64,000 nucleotides of DNA, taken from contig OX597820.1 of the NCBI GenBank assembly GCA_951406725.2, positions 43,338,001 through 43,402,000 of the forward strand. The letters are read 5' to 3'. Under the pieces are notes generated by a model. The model did not search any database. It was not told where the DNA came from and worked only from the letters and a program-made list of their open reading frames with translations. The translations under genes were made by a program, and so were the position numbers. Positions 27,840 to 41,263 of the stretch are shown here, piece after piece (the first letter of the stretch is position 1; each line of letters opens with the position of its first letter). This DNA is from Octopus vulgaris. Taxonomy: Eukaryota.

Positions 27840-29400
27840 TAGAGACATGGTGTTCGTCTACATTTTCGATGAAAACACGAAGAGTCACGGGGATTCACAA
27901 AATAATTCTCGTAAAGAAAACAAGAAATCAAGGCCCGTAACTCTTGGGGGACAACTTTTGTGTAACAGTTCTACTGAGCGCACTATTCTAATTTCCTTTA
28001 CATTCCCTTTCGCGACTTCTGATATTGTTCCCAAGGACCCAACAATAATAGGCACTATCTTCACTTTCTTCATTTTCCATAGTCGGGCTATATCATACTG
28101 AAGAGTGTTGTATTTATCTATCTATATGAGCGATGGTTTCAACCACTTTTTTGCAAATGTGGGACATCGGAAACGCTTGCTCATCCGAATGTTGACCCTC
28201 CTGTTCGTGGCCAAATCTTGGGCTTGCGCTGCCAGTATAGTACTCTCGGTCTCTTTTTTAGTGTTCTTTTCATCAGTGAATCCCACCTATATTTTCCAGC
28301 AACTTCTGTTGTGGCTGCATGAAATTGATTGTGTAATCCCTGCTTGCGTAATTCTATTACATGTTCTTTTTGTACTTCCTTCGTTTTTCCATTATTTTCA
28401 GCTTTCAATAATCCCTCGTTCCTAACTGTCACTGGCAAGGTTTCCTTACTTTAGGCTAGGTATCTCATTAAGCTTTCGAGTTCGACGCACACGCAGTCTT
28501 CCACACTTATGAGTCCCCTTCCTCCACATGCTCTATTAATATATAAGCCATCAGTGTCCGCACGTCGATGATGGACGCCATGCCCCTTTAGGGGCTTTCT
28601 TGACTTCCTGCCCATCTCCTTTAGTTCCTCGTCTGTCCACTTCAGGATTCCAGCGCCATACCGAACTATTGTGACTGCGCGAAAGTTTATTGCTGAAATT
28701 ATGCTCCTGGCATTTGGCTTTTTCACTCGCCGCAGGTACTCTCTTTTTGCCTTTGCCTTCATGTCATTGTGTTTCACGCCATCTGCCTCACGTATTTCCA
28801 GGTATTTATAGCTGGATTTCACCACTTGGCAACCATATGCCTTCTGTTGTGAAAAGCTTTCCTCGTTTCATCACAATAGTAGCACATTTTGAGAGTCCAA
28901 ACTCCAACATAATACCATTGAGAAAATCCGCATTGCCTGGACTAGGCTGTCCAGTTCTGTCTCAGATTTTTAATAGCTCCAAGTCGTCCATGAATAGAAA
29001 GTGGTTTAGTTTTCCCTTTCTTCTTCCCAGATCAAACCCCAACTTTGATTTCTATATTATTTCACTCAAGTGGAACTTTCCCAGCATGAAGATAACTCTC
29101 TTGATTTTCAGTCTTCCTAATACTTGATTCCCTGGTGTCAATTCCGTTCTCCAGCATTTCATGCTATTCCATGTAAGGCTTCTCATATTTACTACTACCC
29201 ATACATTTCCATTCCTTTTATTATCCGGGAGTGTGGTATCATATCGTAAGCTTTACGATAGTCAACTCATGCCATGCTGAGATTTGCCTGTCTTCTCTTG
29301 CTGTTCCTGATAATTAGTTTATCAATTAAGAGCTGTTCCTTCGTATCCTGGCTCCTCTCTCGGCACCCTTTCCATTCAATATGTGTAACAGCACACTGTT
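27840..29400 (-). mobile_element. Decayed R4/Dong-type non-LTR retrotransposon (RT, thumb and RLE fragments)
   Basis: Minus-strand motifs in order: NLSMA*VDYRKAYDMIPHS, LNHFLFMDDLEL (RT catalytic FMDD), YKYLEI, GGRGLISVEDC, LHNQF, KKVKIVPIIVGSLG. Frameshifts and deletions. Confidence 0.92.
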
Positions 29401-31789
29401 TTCCAGGTATCTATCTAATTCACTGGCCAACACACTTGACATTAGTTTCCAGAAACAAAATGATGATGTGTGAGGTTGATTCTCCAGCAGCAGTTTTCCA
29501 TGTTGAGCCCAACGACGACTTTCCCCTGTTTCGCATAATTTTATGACCTATGCTACTGTGGAACGAGTATCATATCTTGTAACAACGCCTAATGATTAGA
29601 GTTAGAGTTTGAGAAGCACAATATTGTGTAACAAAAATTCTCCACCTCATAGCTTCGTACATCTTTCAGTTATAATGTGTATCAAGCCATATCTCTTTCC
29701 GTTTACTCATTTACTGTATTGTGTGATAGTACTAAATAATTCATAATCCATTTGAAAATTATTTTCAGAATTTCGTTGACAATTACGCTGCTAACACAGT
29801 ATGATGAACTCGAAGACTAAGATTACATGTAATATATCTGTTTCATCAGAGCAATCGTCTTCCTTTACCACCACTAATTATTCTGAAATAAAATGATGTG
29901 CAACAATTTTAGTAGCTGTTGAAATATTATAAACATGATATTAAAAAGATTATTCTTTTCTTTCTGAGAAGAACTCTCCGAAATATCTTGGCAAGTATAA
30001 TGGAATGACGTGGTTTCAAATATGCGTAGAAAACGCATCAGTCTCCCTTATTTGTATAACGTCCTGCGTCTAGAAAGAAACCCATTAAAAATTATTGTTT
30101 TGTGCATCAGAACACACGCAGAGAGAAAAGCCATTCCTAATAATTCATGCTCAGGCAGTTTTAACTGTTTATGTTGTTCCATTAACATTTTGTTTATTTC
30201 TTCATTTAGTTTCGGTCATCTGAAAATAGAAATAATTTGAAAATGGCAAGAAAATAAATTCCAGAATATAACTACCCCCTGAGTGCGTGCGTACGTATAC
30301 GCGCTGTATGTGTTTGATAGAGAATTTGTTTAATATTGTTTGTCTATTTATGTGTATCTGCACTGATGCATGGGTGAATGTACAGTGCGTTTATTAACCG
30401 GACATCATGGCGGCGGATCGTATTTGTGGCACTTTCGGATATGAGCGCGCGTTGCAGCCAAGAATGCGTAACGGTCTTGTGATTTGACATTGATGCAAGA
30501 TAGCAGCAAACTTTGATCAGCTAAACGTGGAAAAAACGGCAGAACAAACAGAATGCAAGAAACCGTGCGGCAGTGCATAACAGTCTGCAAATTTGAGATG
30601 CACCCATCTGTTTCGACTTTAATGAAAATATATTAAATCCTTTTATGACATCTCCATATGGTAAAAGTTTAGCATGAAAAAGACTTCTGATTGAAGAGTA
30701 ATCTTTTGACACTCTACTCACGTAAAAATAATAATAACCAATGAAAAATATCTTCTATCATTTAGTAAAAATAAATATATAAATGATAAAAATATTAAAT
30801 GTAAATATAATTGTGTATTATGCAGACGGTCTCTAGTGACCGTCAAAGATCAAACTCGATTTTTGAGGCGAATTAATTTCCATTGCATTCAGATGAATAT
30901 TTATTCTTTTGAATATTACTAGTTAAAATGACTTATTATTTTATACACTAACCATATACTTGAACAGAATGAATTTACATGTTAAATCTTTAAAATATTT
31001 GCAATAAATATTTGAGTCTTTCTTCTTTTGTTCGTATTTGTAAACAAATTTTGGCCAGAAGAAATGTCCTGTAAAGAACATACAACGAAAGAATCATTGG
31101 AATGTTTTATGCTTACTTCTTGGCAAATGCAATCATACAGAGGGCGAACTAAAATCGCTTCTACCTTGTAATGAAAGTATATTAGAAACTCAAGTTCCGA
31201 AGAAAATTATTCAACATCTGTCTTTACTTTCGAAATTGATATTTGTATTCAAGCAAAATTAAAGTATAATTACCAAATATGTTCATTATGTGTATTTATC
31301 ATAAGGATTCAAACCTAACCTATTTTTCCATCTTGATTCCTAGTTGACCATATAATGCATCCAGATATATTAAAAGCAAACCGTTGCTTCGTAGTGTGAA
31401 TGAGAATCTCTCGAAGGTACTACTCATTTATATGAGACTTATCAATCATACATTAATTATGGAATTGAATAAGTGTTACCTGTTAAGATGCATTATAAAG
31501 TGAACATTTGTGGATGTCATCATATCTGCAAGACAGTGATATTATGAAATCTACGTGGTTTTTATGTATCATTTACCGCCAGTCATGAATTAATATTCTA
31601 TGCATTAATGAACATCTCCAACCACAACACATGAATACAGTAATGACCCTACAATGTACTTTCGGTTATGCAAAAACAAATATAAATATGATTTAAAATA
31701 GAATTATTTACGGGCACAAATCACCTGGAATACTGTATCTTAAATATCGTATTTTAAACTTACAAAGTTATATAGTGTGTTCTTTTTTC

Positions 31790-32025
31790 TAGTGCCATAC
31801 GATCGTTAGACGTGAGTTCGATTCCCAGATCGTGCGGAGCGTTGTGTTCATGAGCAAAACATATTTCACGTTGCTTCAGTCCCCCTTTCGATAAGCGGGA
31901 AATGTTGGCCTGCTCACCTATCCAGTGGGGTGGCATCATTCGAAGAGCGGTACGATGCAGTGCGAAAATGCATTGTGCTCGGCGATGTGTAACAGCATCT
32001 GGTCGATCACGTCATCACGTGATAT
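31790..32025 (+). mobile_element. CORE-type SINE
   Basis: A B box (gagttcgattccc) is followed by gcgttgtgttcatgagcaaaacatatttcacgttgcttcagt, the CORE-like segment shared with the 40019 and 55470 copies. Confidence 0.75.
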
Positions 32026-33078
32026 AGAATGTTACAAAGGTTAGATAATTATATTTTTATCGCTTATTCTTTTATTGAATAACCTTGGTTTTCATCTATT
32101 CAACCATATTGATAAATTAAGCACTAGTCGATTAACTGGGATCGATTGCCTAACAAGAAATTGAATGGGATTGTGACAAGATAGAGTTGACTGACACGAT
32201 AATGTTTCCAATGAAAATTAATGAAACTTTGAAACACAAACACTGATGTTAAGCGAAATATAAAGTGAAGAATGGGAAAATTATAGTTATAAAACACATA
32301 CAGGTAATATTTGAAAAGCACAATAAAGGTAATATTGTAGAAAACTAACTTCATTGATAATTTCAAAAATACTTCACTAACAATCAGAAATTGTTCTTTG
32401 CTGCAGTTGCTGGTGAAGAGATGCACTAAACCTATTTCAAATCCAACTAAGAAAAATGCAATGAAATACTCACAACGAAGAGGTGACTCCTTATTCGAAG
32501 GCACCGTCTTTGAAAGAATGAAGTTGAATGTGACATCTGATTTTCTATAAAACGGGCTTCAATAGAAAATTTTAAAACTACTTATGGGAAACATTGACTG
32601 ATATGTGGTAGGATATGCATTCCATCGCCGGTGGTACGGCATGTGGTAGTATGTGCAAAGTAAGTAAGACAAAATATGTAACCTCCGTAGACATTCGGAT
32701 TTTATTGCTCCACCTAAAATACACTTGTTTGATATCTGCTATTTCTTTCCTATTTCGTCTGCAAAGCATGGGTTGTTGTTGGTGGTGGTTTTAATGATGT
32801 TTTTGTTTTTTTTTTGGTTATCGTCACTTAGCATTAGAGCGATGCAATATTAAGAATCCGGGAAAGAGTTTGAAAACACTGACAATGCAGAAGAAAAGGG
32901 GGATAAGGGCTATTTCATGGCTTTCGGGATATAAGAGCTACTTCATGGTTTTCTTCGAGCAGTTTAAAAATCAAAAATATGATGTTTTCTAATGGTACAC
33001 AATATCAGAATACATATTTGCATGTGTCTATATTCGTGTGAGTGTAGTTCTGTGTCTGTGTGTGTACGTGCATGTTTG

Positions 33079-33138
<60 letters not shown>

Positions 33139-33685
33139 AGGTGAGAGACAGTGGGGAGAGAGAATCAGATGTAGCAATAATAGGTCCATTTTATGTCTAT
33201 GTACTGGTTGAAGACAATATATATACCAACGAATGCTCCACATGAAAGAGAGAGTGAGAGAGAGTAAGAAAGAGAGAGGAGATAATCATACGAATTTTAA
33301 CCATACATGTATAATTATGTATAGTGAAAGATTTCAAATAATTTGGTATATTATATGCTTACGGGTCTGGTTATCATTTGGAGTTCAAAACTAAGTCTAT
33401 AGATAGCTGAAAGATTAATTTAAACAAGAGATAAGACTGCACACCCAATTGCTGGTAAATTTACTCTTACTTATGAACAGAATGCTCTTACTTGATCGAC
33501 GTTCATCAACTCGGTGTATAGCATAAGATGATTAAGTTAACCATGTTACTCTTATGATTACGTAAGTTCTTACTTGCTTATATGAATACATACATATATG
33601 CACATATAAATATATATAAGCTTACACAGACACACGGACACATGCACAAATATACATGCACATATATGTATGGCTCTAACAGCCA

Positions 33686-33730
<45 letters not shown>

Positions 33731-33854
33731 GCAACTGTATGCATATAAATATAAATAAAAGCATAAATAAATGCAACTCTACGTATATGAATAAGTATAT
33801 TTATATGAAACTCTATGTACATATATATATGCAACTGTATGTACATATATGTAG

Positions 33855-33885
<31 letters not shown>

Positions 33886-33979
33886 ATACATTTACATATT
33901 CAGACATATATATAATATATATAATATATAAATATATGTTTATATATGTATATATATATATATTTATACACACACACAT

Positions 33980-34054
<75 letters not shown>

Positions 34055-34536
34055 AAGACTCCAACACAGTGAAAATATAAAATATAATATTAATTTCTAT
34101 AAATCCTTGTATGTTTATATGTCTCTATAGAGAATTCTAAGAGATAATAAATAAAAATCACATGGATGGAGATAAGTAATTCGTAGAAATAACAAGTCTG
34201 ATATTAAAATATAAACTATATTTGTCAAACAGCAATTCAGACTCGAATCACAAGTAGGACAAACAAGTATAGTATATGAATTCTGCTTTGTTTGCAAACT
34301 CCAAATTTACAAGCCTGATCCAACCTCAACTCGATCTTTGTTCTATTATGAGGTGAAATTTTCTCTAATAAGGTAAAGAACTACAAAGATGATTACAGCT
34401 TTCAAAGAATTTAATATGTATATTTATTGAGGTATCTATTATATCGTTGGCAAGCAACAGTCGTTCATTCTTTGATAACAAAACGTCATTTTCACAATGA
34501 ATAGAAATCCAATTATTATTGATGTTCTTGTTGTGG

Positions 34537-34670
<134 letters not shown>

Positions 34671-34751
34671 TAAGAGATTAGTTATTTAGATACAAATCAA
34701 TTTGACGTTCTTCGTATCTATACAAACAAATATAGATATGTATATGTGAGC

Positions 34752-34791
<40 letters not shown>

Positions 34792-35168
34792 TCATATATA
34801 TATATACTCATATATATATACATATATATATTTATATATATATATACGCACATATATATACATATACACATATACATATACATATACATACATATATATA
34901 TATAAGAATTATATGTATGCATGTAAATTTGTACGTGTCACAGCAGATGTATATACGTCTATGAGCGTGTATATGTCTGTATGGGTATATCTTTATTTGA
35001 AATTTTGTTTTGTATAGAACTCTGACATTCTTTGGTATATATCTGTGACACACTCTCTCTCTATCTTTCTCTCCCTCCCTCGTGTACACTCGAGCACATG
35101 TACGCACGCAACACATATGCGCATATAAACTTACACACATACACGCTCGAAAACCGGCACTAACAGCC

Positions 35169-35201
<33 letters not shown>

Positions 35202-35207
35202 TACACT

Positions 35208-35261
<54 letters not shown>

Positions 35262-35946
35262 CATACATACATACATACATACATACATACATACATACAT
35301 ACATACATACATTCATACAAACATTCATACATGCAGACTTACACACATATAACAACTATCGAATTCAGAAATTTGTTAAAGTGTGCACGTGTCTCTATCT
35401 ATGTAATGTATATGTAATTTTGTTTGTATTTTTGTCTATGTCTTTGTATAAATAGCATACATGTAGATATAGATAATTGAGTTTATTTCTCTGTTTGGTG
35501 CATGATAGGAATTCAATGAATATAATTATGTATTATTGATTATCGTTTACGTAGGTTTGTTTGTGAAATATTATTTTGTATCTCCTTTACTCTAAGCAGA
35601 TACAATACCAATTGTTCGTTCCTTCGTACATCTTATGGCAATACTCGCTAAATGTTCTTATATATATATATATATTCTGAAATCTCGCATGCAGTTTAAA
35701 TAATTTATTTTCTCATTTTCTGCATCATTGTATTAAACTTTTGTGCCATTTGTATCGTTGTGTCATCGTTATTTTTGCAGTGGTTCAACCGATGACCGAG
35801 TTATAAAAATGCTTTTGAATTTCACGTGAAAATGACGAAAAACTATTTACACAAAAGGTCAAAGCATGAAACTATTGGTAAGTATTATGTAAGTCTCATT
35901 GTTTTAAGGTTATTGTTATGCTACATGCATCATCATCCACAAATAT

Positions 35947-36155
35947 TAGTTTCAAATTTTGGCACCAGGCCAGCAAGTTCGGAGGAGAGCGTATGTCGAT
36001 TATATCGACTTAAGTCCTCAACTGCTACTATTTTATCGACAACAAGAGGATAAAAGGCAAATTGACCACGGTAAGATTTGAACTCAGAAGGTAAAAGCGG
36101 ACGAAATGCGGTTAAGGGTACTACCTGGCGAGCTAAAGACTCTAACAGCTCCCTG
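35947..36155 (-). mobile_element. Degenerate SINE
   Basis: ttttatcgac...ggataaaaggcaaattgacc...gatttgaactcagaa...gacgaaatgc matches other family copies. Confidence 0.7.
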
Positions 36156-36267
36156 CTTCTTCATCTACGAATATTAAATCAGGAATTATTGTGTGGCACA
36201 TACGAGATTCGAAATATCGCAAAATCTGAGCGGTGACACAGGAACTTATCACGGATTGAAGATAATT

Positions 36268-36299
<32 letters not shown>

Positions 36300-36467
36300 A
36301 GGGCAGGAAGAAGAAGAAGAAGAAGAAGAAGAAGAAGAAGAAGAAGAAGGAGAAGAAGAAGAAGAAGGAGAAGTAGAAGAAGAAGAAGAAGAAGAACAAG
36401 AACAAGAAGAAGAAGAAGAAGAAGAACAAGAACAAGAACAAGAACAAGAACAAGAACAAGAACAAGA
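36268..36467. repeat. (GA)n, (GAA)n and (GAACAA)n polypurine tract
   Basis: Seen directly. Confidence 0.95.
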
Positions 36468-36800
36468 ATGACAGGAGTTGCATCTAATTCTTCATTATAT
36501 AGTGATTCTGAAGAGAGGACATCCGTGGGAACTATACCCAGAACGTAGTAAGTTAAAAAACATCTCTTAAGGTATTCTGTTCGACACAATAAAATCTTTG
36601 AAAATTTCTACCCTTTAAGTAACGTTAAAGGCAACAGATGAAGAAGGATGTATGAGCTTCAATACCATCACTTTATATGCATTATAATTCAGTAAGAACA
36701 TTACTATCCTTAACTTTAGAAACGTTGAAATACTGTTAGTACACACATACACGCACACTATGACTTATACAAACACACACGTACATACATACACACACAC

Positions 36801-36837
<37 letters not shown>

Positions 36838-36849
36838 GCATCTTTTCAA

Positions 36850-37130
<281 letters not shown>

Positions 37131-37207
37131 CAAATATATATACGTATGTATACACATATATATACATAGACAGATATATACAGATATACGTATATATATA
37201 TATAAGC

Positions 37208-37254
<47 letters not shown>

Positions 37255-37384
37255 CATGCATTTATATATACATATATATATGCATATATACATATATTTA
37301 TATACATATATACACATACATATCTATCTCTCTATATATACACATATTTATTTTATATATATATATATATTCAATAATAAACTC

Positions 37385-37511
37385 TTTTTTTACTTGTTTC
37401 AGTCATATGACTGTGCCCATGCTGGAGCACTGATTTACGGCAACACAAACACACCAGCATCGGTTGTCAATTATAATCAAGCGATGCTGGGGGACAAACA
37501 AAGATACACAA

Positions 37512-37582
<71 letters not shown>

Positions 37583-37730
37583 CGACGGGCTTCTTTCAGT
37601 TTTCGTCTAACACATCCATTCACAACGCTTTGGTCAGCCCGAGGCTATAGTGGAAGACACTTCTCCAAGGTGCCACGCAGTGGGACTGAACTCGGAAGCA
37701 TGTGGTAGGTAAGCAACCACTCCAGCGCCT
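37385..37730 (-). mobile_element. tRNA-derived SINE with internal (CA)n(TA)n tract (family of 60358)
   Basis: The reverse complement contains gagttcagtcccactgcgtggcaccttgg...actatagcctcgggctgaccaaagc...aaactgaaagaagcccgtcgtata, matching about 60405-60520. Confidence 0.88.
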
Positions 37731-38006
37731 ATAAATAAAGGGTAAAATTATTAATTAATAATTAATAATTGTACCAAGTAGTTCGGTATGTTAAAAGAAC
37801 CTTTATCGGTAACCTTATACGTAAATTCTATAATTGTAAGCTTAATTATAATTAGGGTTCAGCAAATTGCTTCACCACATACCGAAATTTAGAAATACTA
37901 TTCCTCTACCATAAGATATCTCCCAGACAGCAGAGAGGAATAGTATTTAACTGCTATTTGTAAATTTCGGTAAGTGGTGAAGTAATTTGCTGAACTCTAA
38001 TTATAT
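37731..38006. mobile_element. Fragment of a probable Penelope-like terminal region containing a long inverted repeat
   Basis: Arms tatataattagggttcagcaaattgcttcaccacataccgaaatttagaaata and tatttgtaaatttcggtaagtggtgaagtaatttgctgaactctaattatata; it ends in (TA)n. The Penelope assignment is inference. Confidence 0.55.
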
Positions 38007-40018
38007 ATATATATATATACAGGGAGACAGACAGACAGACATACAAACAAATACAGGCACAGACAGTGAGTGGGAGAGCAGCATTCAGGATGGTATGTTT
38101 CTCATTATGCGTCAGTTACTAATATTTTGTAATATTTAGCGTGTCGAAATGAAAGAAATCGGCACTTATTATAAACTGAATAAAAAAAACTACGCCAGGA
38201 ATTTAGATAGAAAAATTTTCTAAAATGGTGAGTTGTGTAAAAATATATCCATTTATCTCTATTCAAAATCTTCAAATTTATATATTCAGTGATTACATGT
38301 TAATGCTTGTTATTCTTTTCATATCTTATAAATCATTTGCATTACACCTGTTCACTTCTGAAGGTTTCAGGGCATCTATTTTCTATAGCTTTTCTGCTAC
38401 TATCTTTCCTCTAAATGTTTAGGGAATGGTATACATGAGTAAAAGAAATTATTTTTTCCTAAATATGTTGTGGTTTCTCTTTTTTTTTTGTCTTTATTTT
38501 TTCACTTGACAAAATATTATTCTCCATTCAATTCAGTAGCAACGAAAAATATGCTTTATTCCCTTTATTAATCATTTCCATTCATTGTCAGCTGCGTCCC
38601 ATCTTATCACGTTTGATGCATACTCTTAGATGTGTATTATATTACTTCTATTATGGTGTTTGTTTTCTGAAGTGTTTCTCTTGTAAAGCAACATTTTCCT
38701 AGACACGATAATGACATACCTACCAACAATGTTGTTCAGAACGAAATATATTTTAAAGGCAAAAACCTTCAATTCTAATATTACAGAGTAGCAGCAGTTG
38801 CAAGAGTAGAAACGTTTGATAAATAATAATTAGATTATGGACCACAATCCTGCAAGATATTCACACATTAATTTCGATCGGTACAACTCCAAACATATCT
38901 TGGGTATCTAAGCTAGTTGCAAATGTGTAGATTGAACAGCATTGCAGCATAGCACATGATGCTATATAAAATGTGTAAAATTCACAGCGATCTTAAATGG
39001 TGATGCATATTTATTTATATTAAACCTTTCTTACTATACGCCTGGTCGGACTTGTTAGAGATGTTATCACACTTTTTCTTTGACACTTCCAATTTGGTGA
39101 GTTGGGAAATAATACAAACTTAAGCACCTTATCATCACAGTCCCAACAAGAATGCTGTCGTCCAAACTTCCATCTGCCACGTGTAACATTTTGGCAGCTC
39201 TACTTCCTTTTTGTATGAACATCAATGCAAGTCCCTACTACTTTTGTCTCCTAGGAACTTCTGTACTTTATGGCTTCCCATTTCCTAGAGAATTACAATG
39301 CCTGTTCTGTTTTCATTTTTTTTATTGTTGACTTTATCATCGTTTCAGTTAGTAAAATTTCGTCCTAATATAAATCTTTTTAACCATGTATTATCACAAT
39401 TCTTTACACTATTCTATTCACATACCTGCGTGTGCGTATGTGCTTGTGTGTGTGTGTGTACGTGACGTGAGTGTGGTTTGTTTGTTTGTGTGTGCGATGA
39501 GGTGTATGCTAACTGTCCTGGTACAAATCCCTCTACAGATCAAAGAGATATAAAGACATACATATGACCTTCGGATGTTGAGCTTCACAAAGGAAAAGAC
39601 ATAACACCGTGGTGATTGGTGACTTGCTGGGCCTGAGAATACTCGAGAAGCTAATTAAAAGCGTGGTCTTAAAGACATGTTGTTTATGGCCATGTCTCCG
39701 CACACCAGTTATCCTTTTTCCCCCCACGCATACATCTAATCTTCCGAACATATATCCCTTTCTCCACCTATGTTCACCTCTTGCTGTATTTTCTTCCTCT
39801 TTATTCTCCACTCTCCCTTCGTGCCTTCGCATTTCCGTGACCTATCTGTACGAAATGTATGCCTGTTGAATGTCTTATTAACAAAACATCCTAACCGATC
39901 CTCCCTCTACTTCTGCCCACTCACTGCTTTCAGTGAGTGCATATTTGTCACTCACCTTTCGCGATCTTGTGAACGTGCCTACCCATGCAACCTATTCAAT
40001 CCTTGCTTCCATTTCACT

Positions 40019-40270
40019 AGTGAAATAAATTTACCTTATCGAGTCATGCTGTCTCATAAGGGCTGGTTTCCCGGTTTCATGGCCTATATATATCCTCCAC
40101 TTGGACGGGACGCCACTCCGTCACAGGAATAATTACTTTTGGCAGTCGAGTGAACTGGAGCAACGTGAAATGAAATGTTTTGGTCAAGAACACAACGCGT
40201 CGCCCGAAATTGAAACCACAATATTACGATCATGAGTGCAACACCCTAACCACTAAGCGACACGCCTCCA
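40019..40270 (-). mobile_element. Full-length CORE-type tRNA-derived SINE with 9-bp target-site duplication
   Basis: The minus strand starts tggaggcgtgtcgcttagtggttagggtg (A box). The CORE-like segment is ggagcaacgtgaaatgaaatgttttggtcaagaacacaac. The tail is shared with the 3279 copy. catttcact is at 40010-40018 and 40271-40279. Confidence 0.85.
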
Positions 40271-40574
40271 CATTTCACTTGTATACACCTCCCTGTATCT
40301 TAAGGAAAAACCCCATCCTATCTTAATAATCTTCTCTCTCCCTCCTTCTCTCTCCTACTCACTCTCCTTTTCTCACTCTCTCTCTCGCTCACACTCTCTC
40401 TCTCTCTTCTGTTTCACAGGCTCCTCTCTCAAATCACTTTCTCCTGTCTTCAATAAAGGTAATCATGTTTCTCGTCTTCAACTAGTCACCTGTTTCTGCC
40501 CGGATATGCTTAATTTCATCTTTCTTCACTTAGTACAATGCCCCCTCCCTCAATGCTAATCACCTCAGTTGGGG

Positions 40575-40790
40575 GTATTGTCTTTGCAAGTTACTTGATG
40601 ACCTCATTATTGCTGATGCCACCTGAAAAGCACCTAGTACACTCTGTAAAGTGGTTGGTGTTAGACAGTGCATCAAACTGTAGAAACCTGGCCAAGGTAG
40701 ACAGTAGAACTTGGCACTGTCTTCTGATCTGCCAGCTCTTGCCAAACAGCTCAACCCCTGCCAACGTAGGAGATTGTGAAATGATTATGT
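40575..40790 (+). mobile_element. SINE 3' half with RTE-like tail
   Basis: agtacactctgtaaagtggttggtgttag...gcatcaaactgtagaaacc...caacccctgccaacgt...aaatgattatg resembles a recalled octopus SINE tail. Confidence 0.55.
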
Positions 40791-41078
40791 GCGTATGTGT
40801 GTGTGGGTGTAAATATGTGTGTATACACATTCATACATATTTCACCTGCGTATGCAACGAAATAACTTAATTCGGAATGTCGCCTTCTCTTATTCATCAT
40901 TCATCTTACGTTTCTTGAAATCTGCCAAGTTTTTTGAATGAAGTATGTGAATGTGAACGAGTGAATGACGAAGACCGAAGATAGGAAAACGTTGAAGAAA
41001 TAATAAACATCTATATATTACCTATCAATGTCAGTTAAATAAATTATTTTTAATGAAGACAATTGAATAAAACGGTAT

Positions 41079-41110
<32 letters not shown>

Positions 41111-41217
41111 AAGAAAGCCTGAAGCTGTATCACAAGGGAACAATATGAAAATCACAGAGGGTTCTGGGAAAGACGATAAGTTTCAAATGGAATGGTGGGG
41201 CAACAGTTAACGAAGTA

Positions 41218-41263
<46 letters not shown>

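Noticed and set aside
32474-32507. Possible 34-nt minus-strand exon with GTGAGT donor
   Set aside because: Weak AAG acceptor, no recognisable peptide and no supported partner exons.
36142-36589. Poly-E/Q, poly-F and poly-L ORFs
   Set aside because: Derived from the (GAA)n/(GAACAA)n tract.
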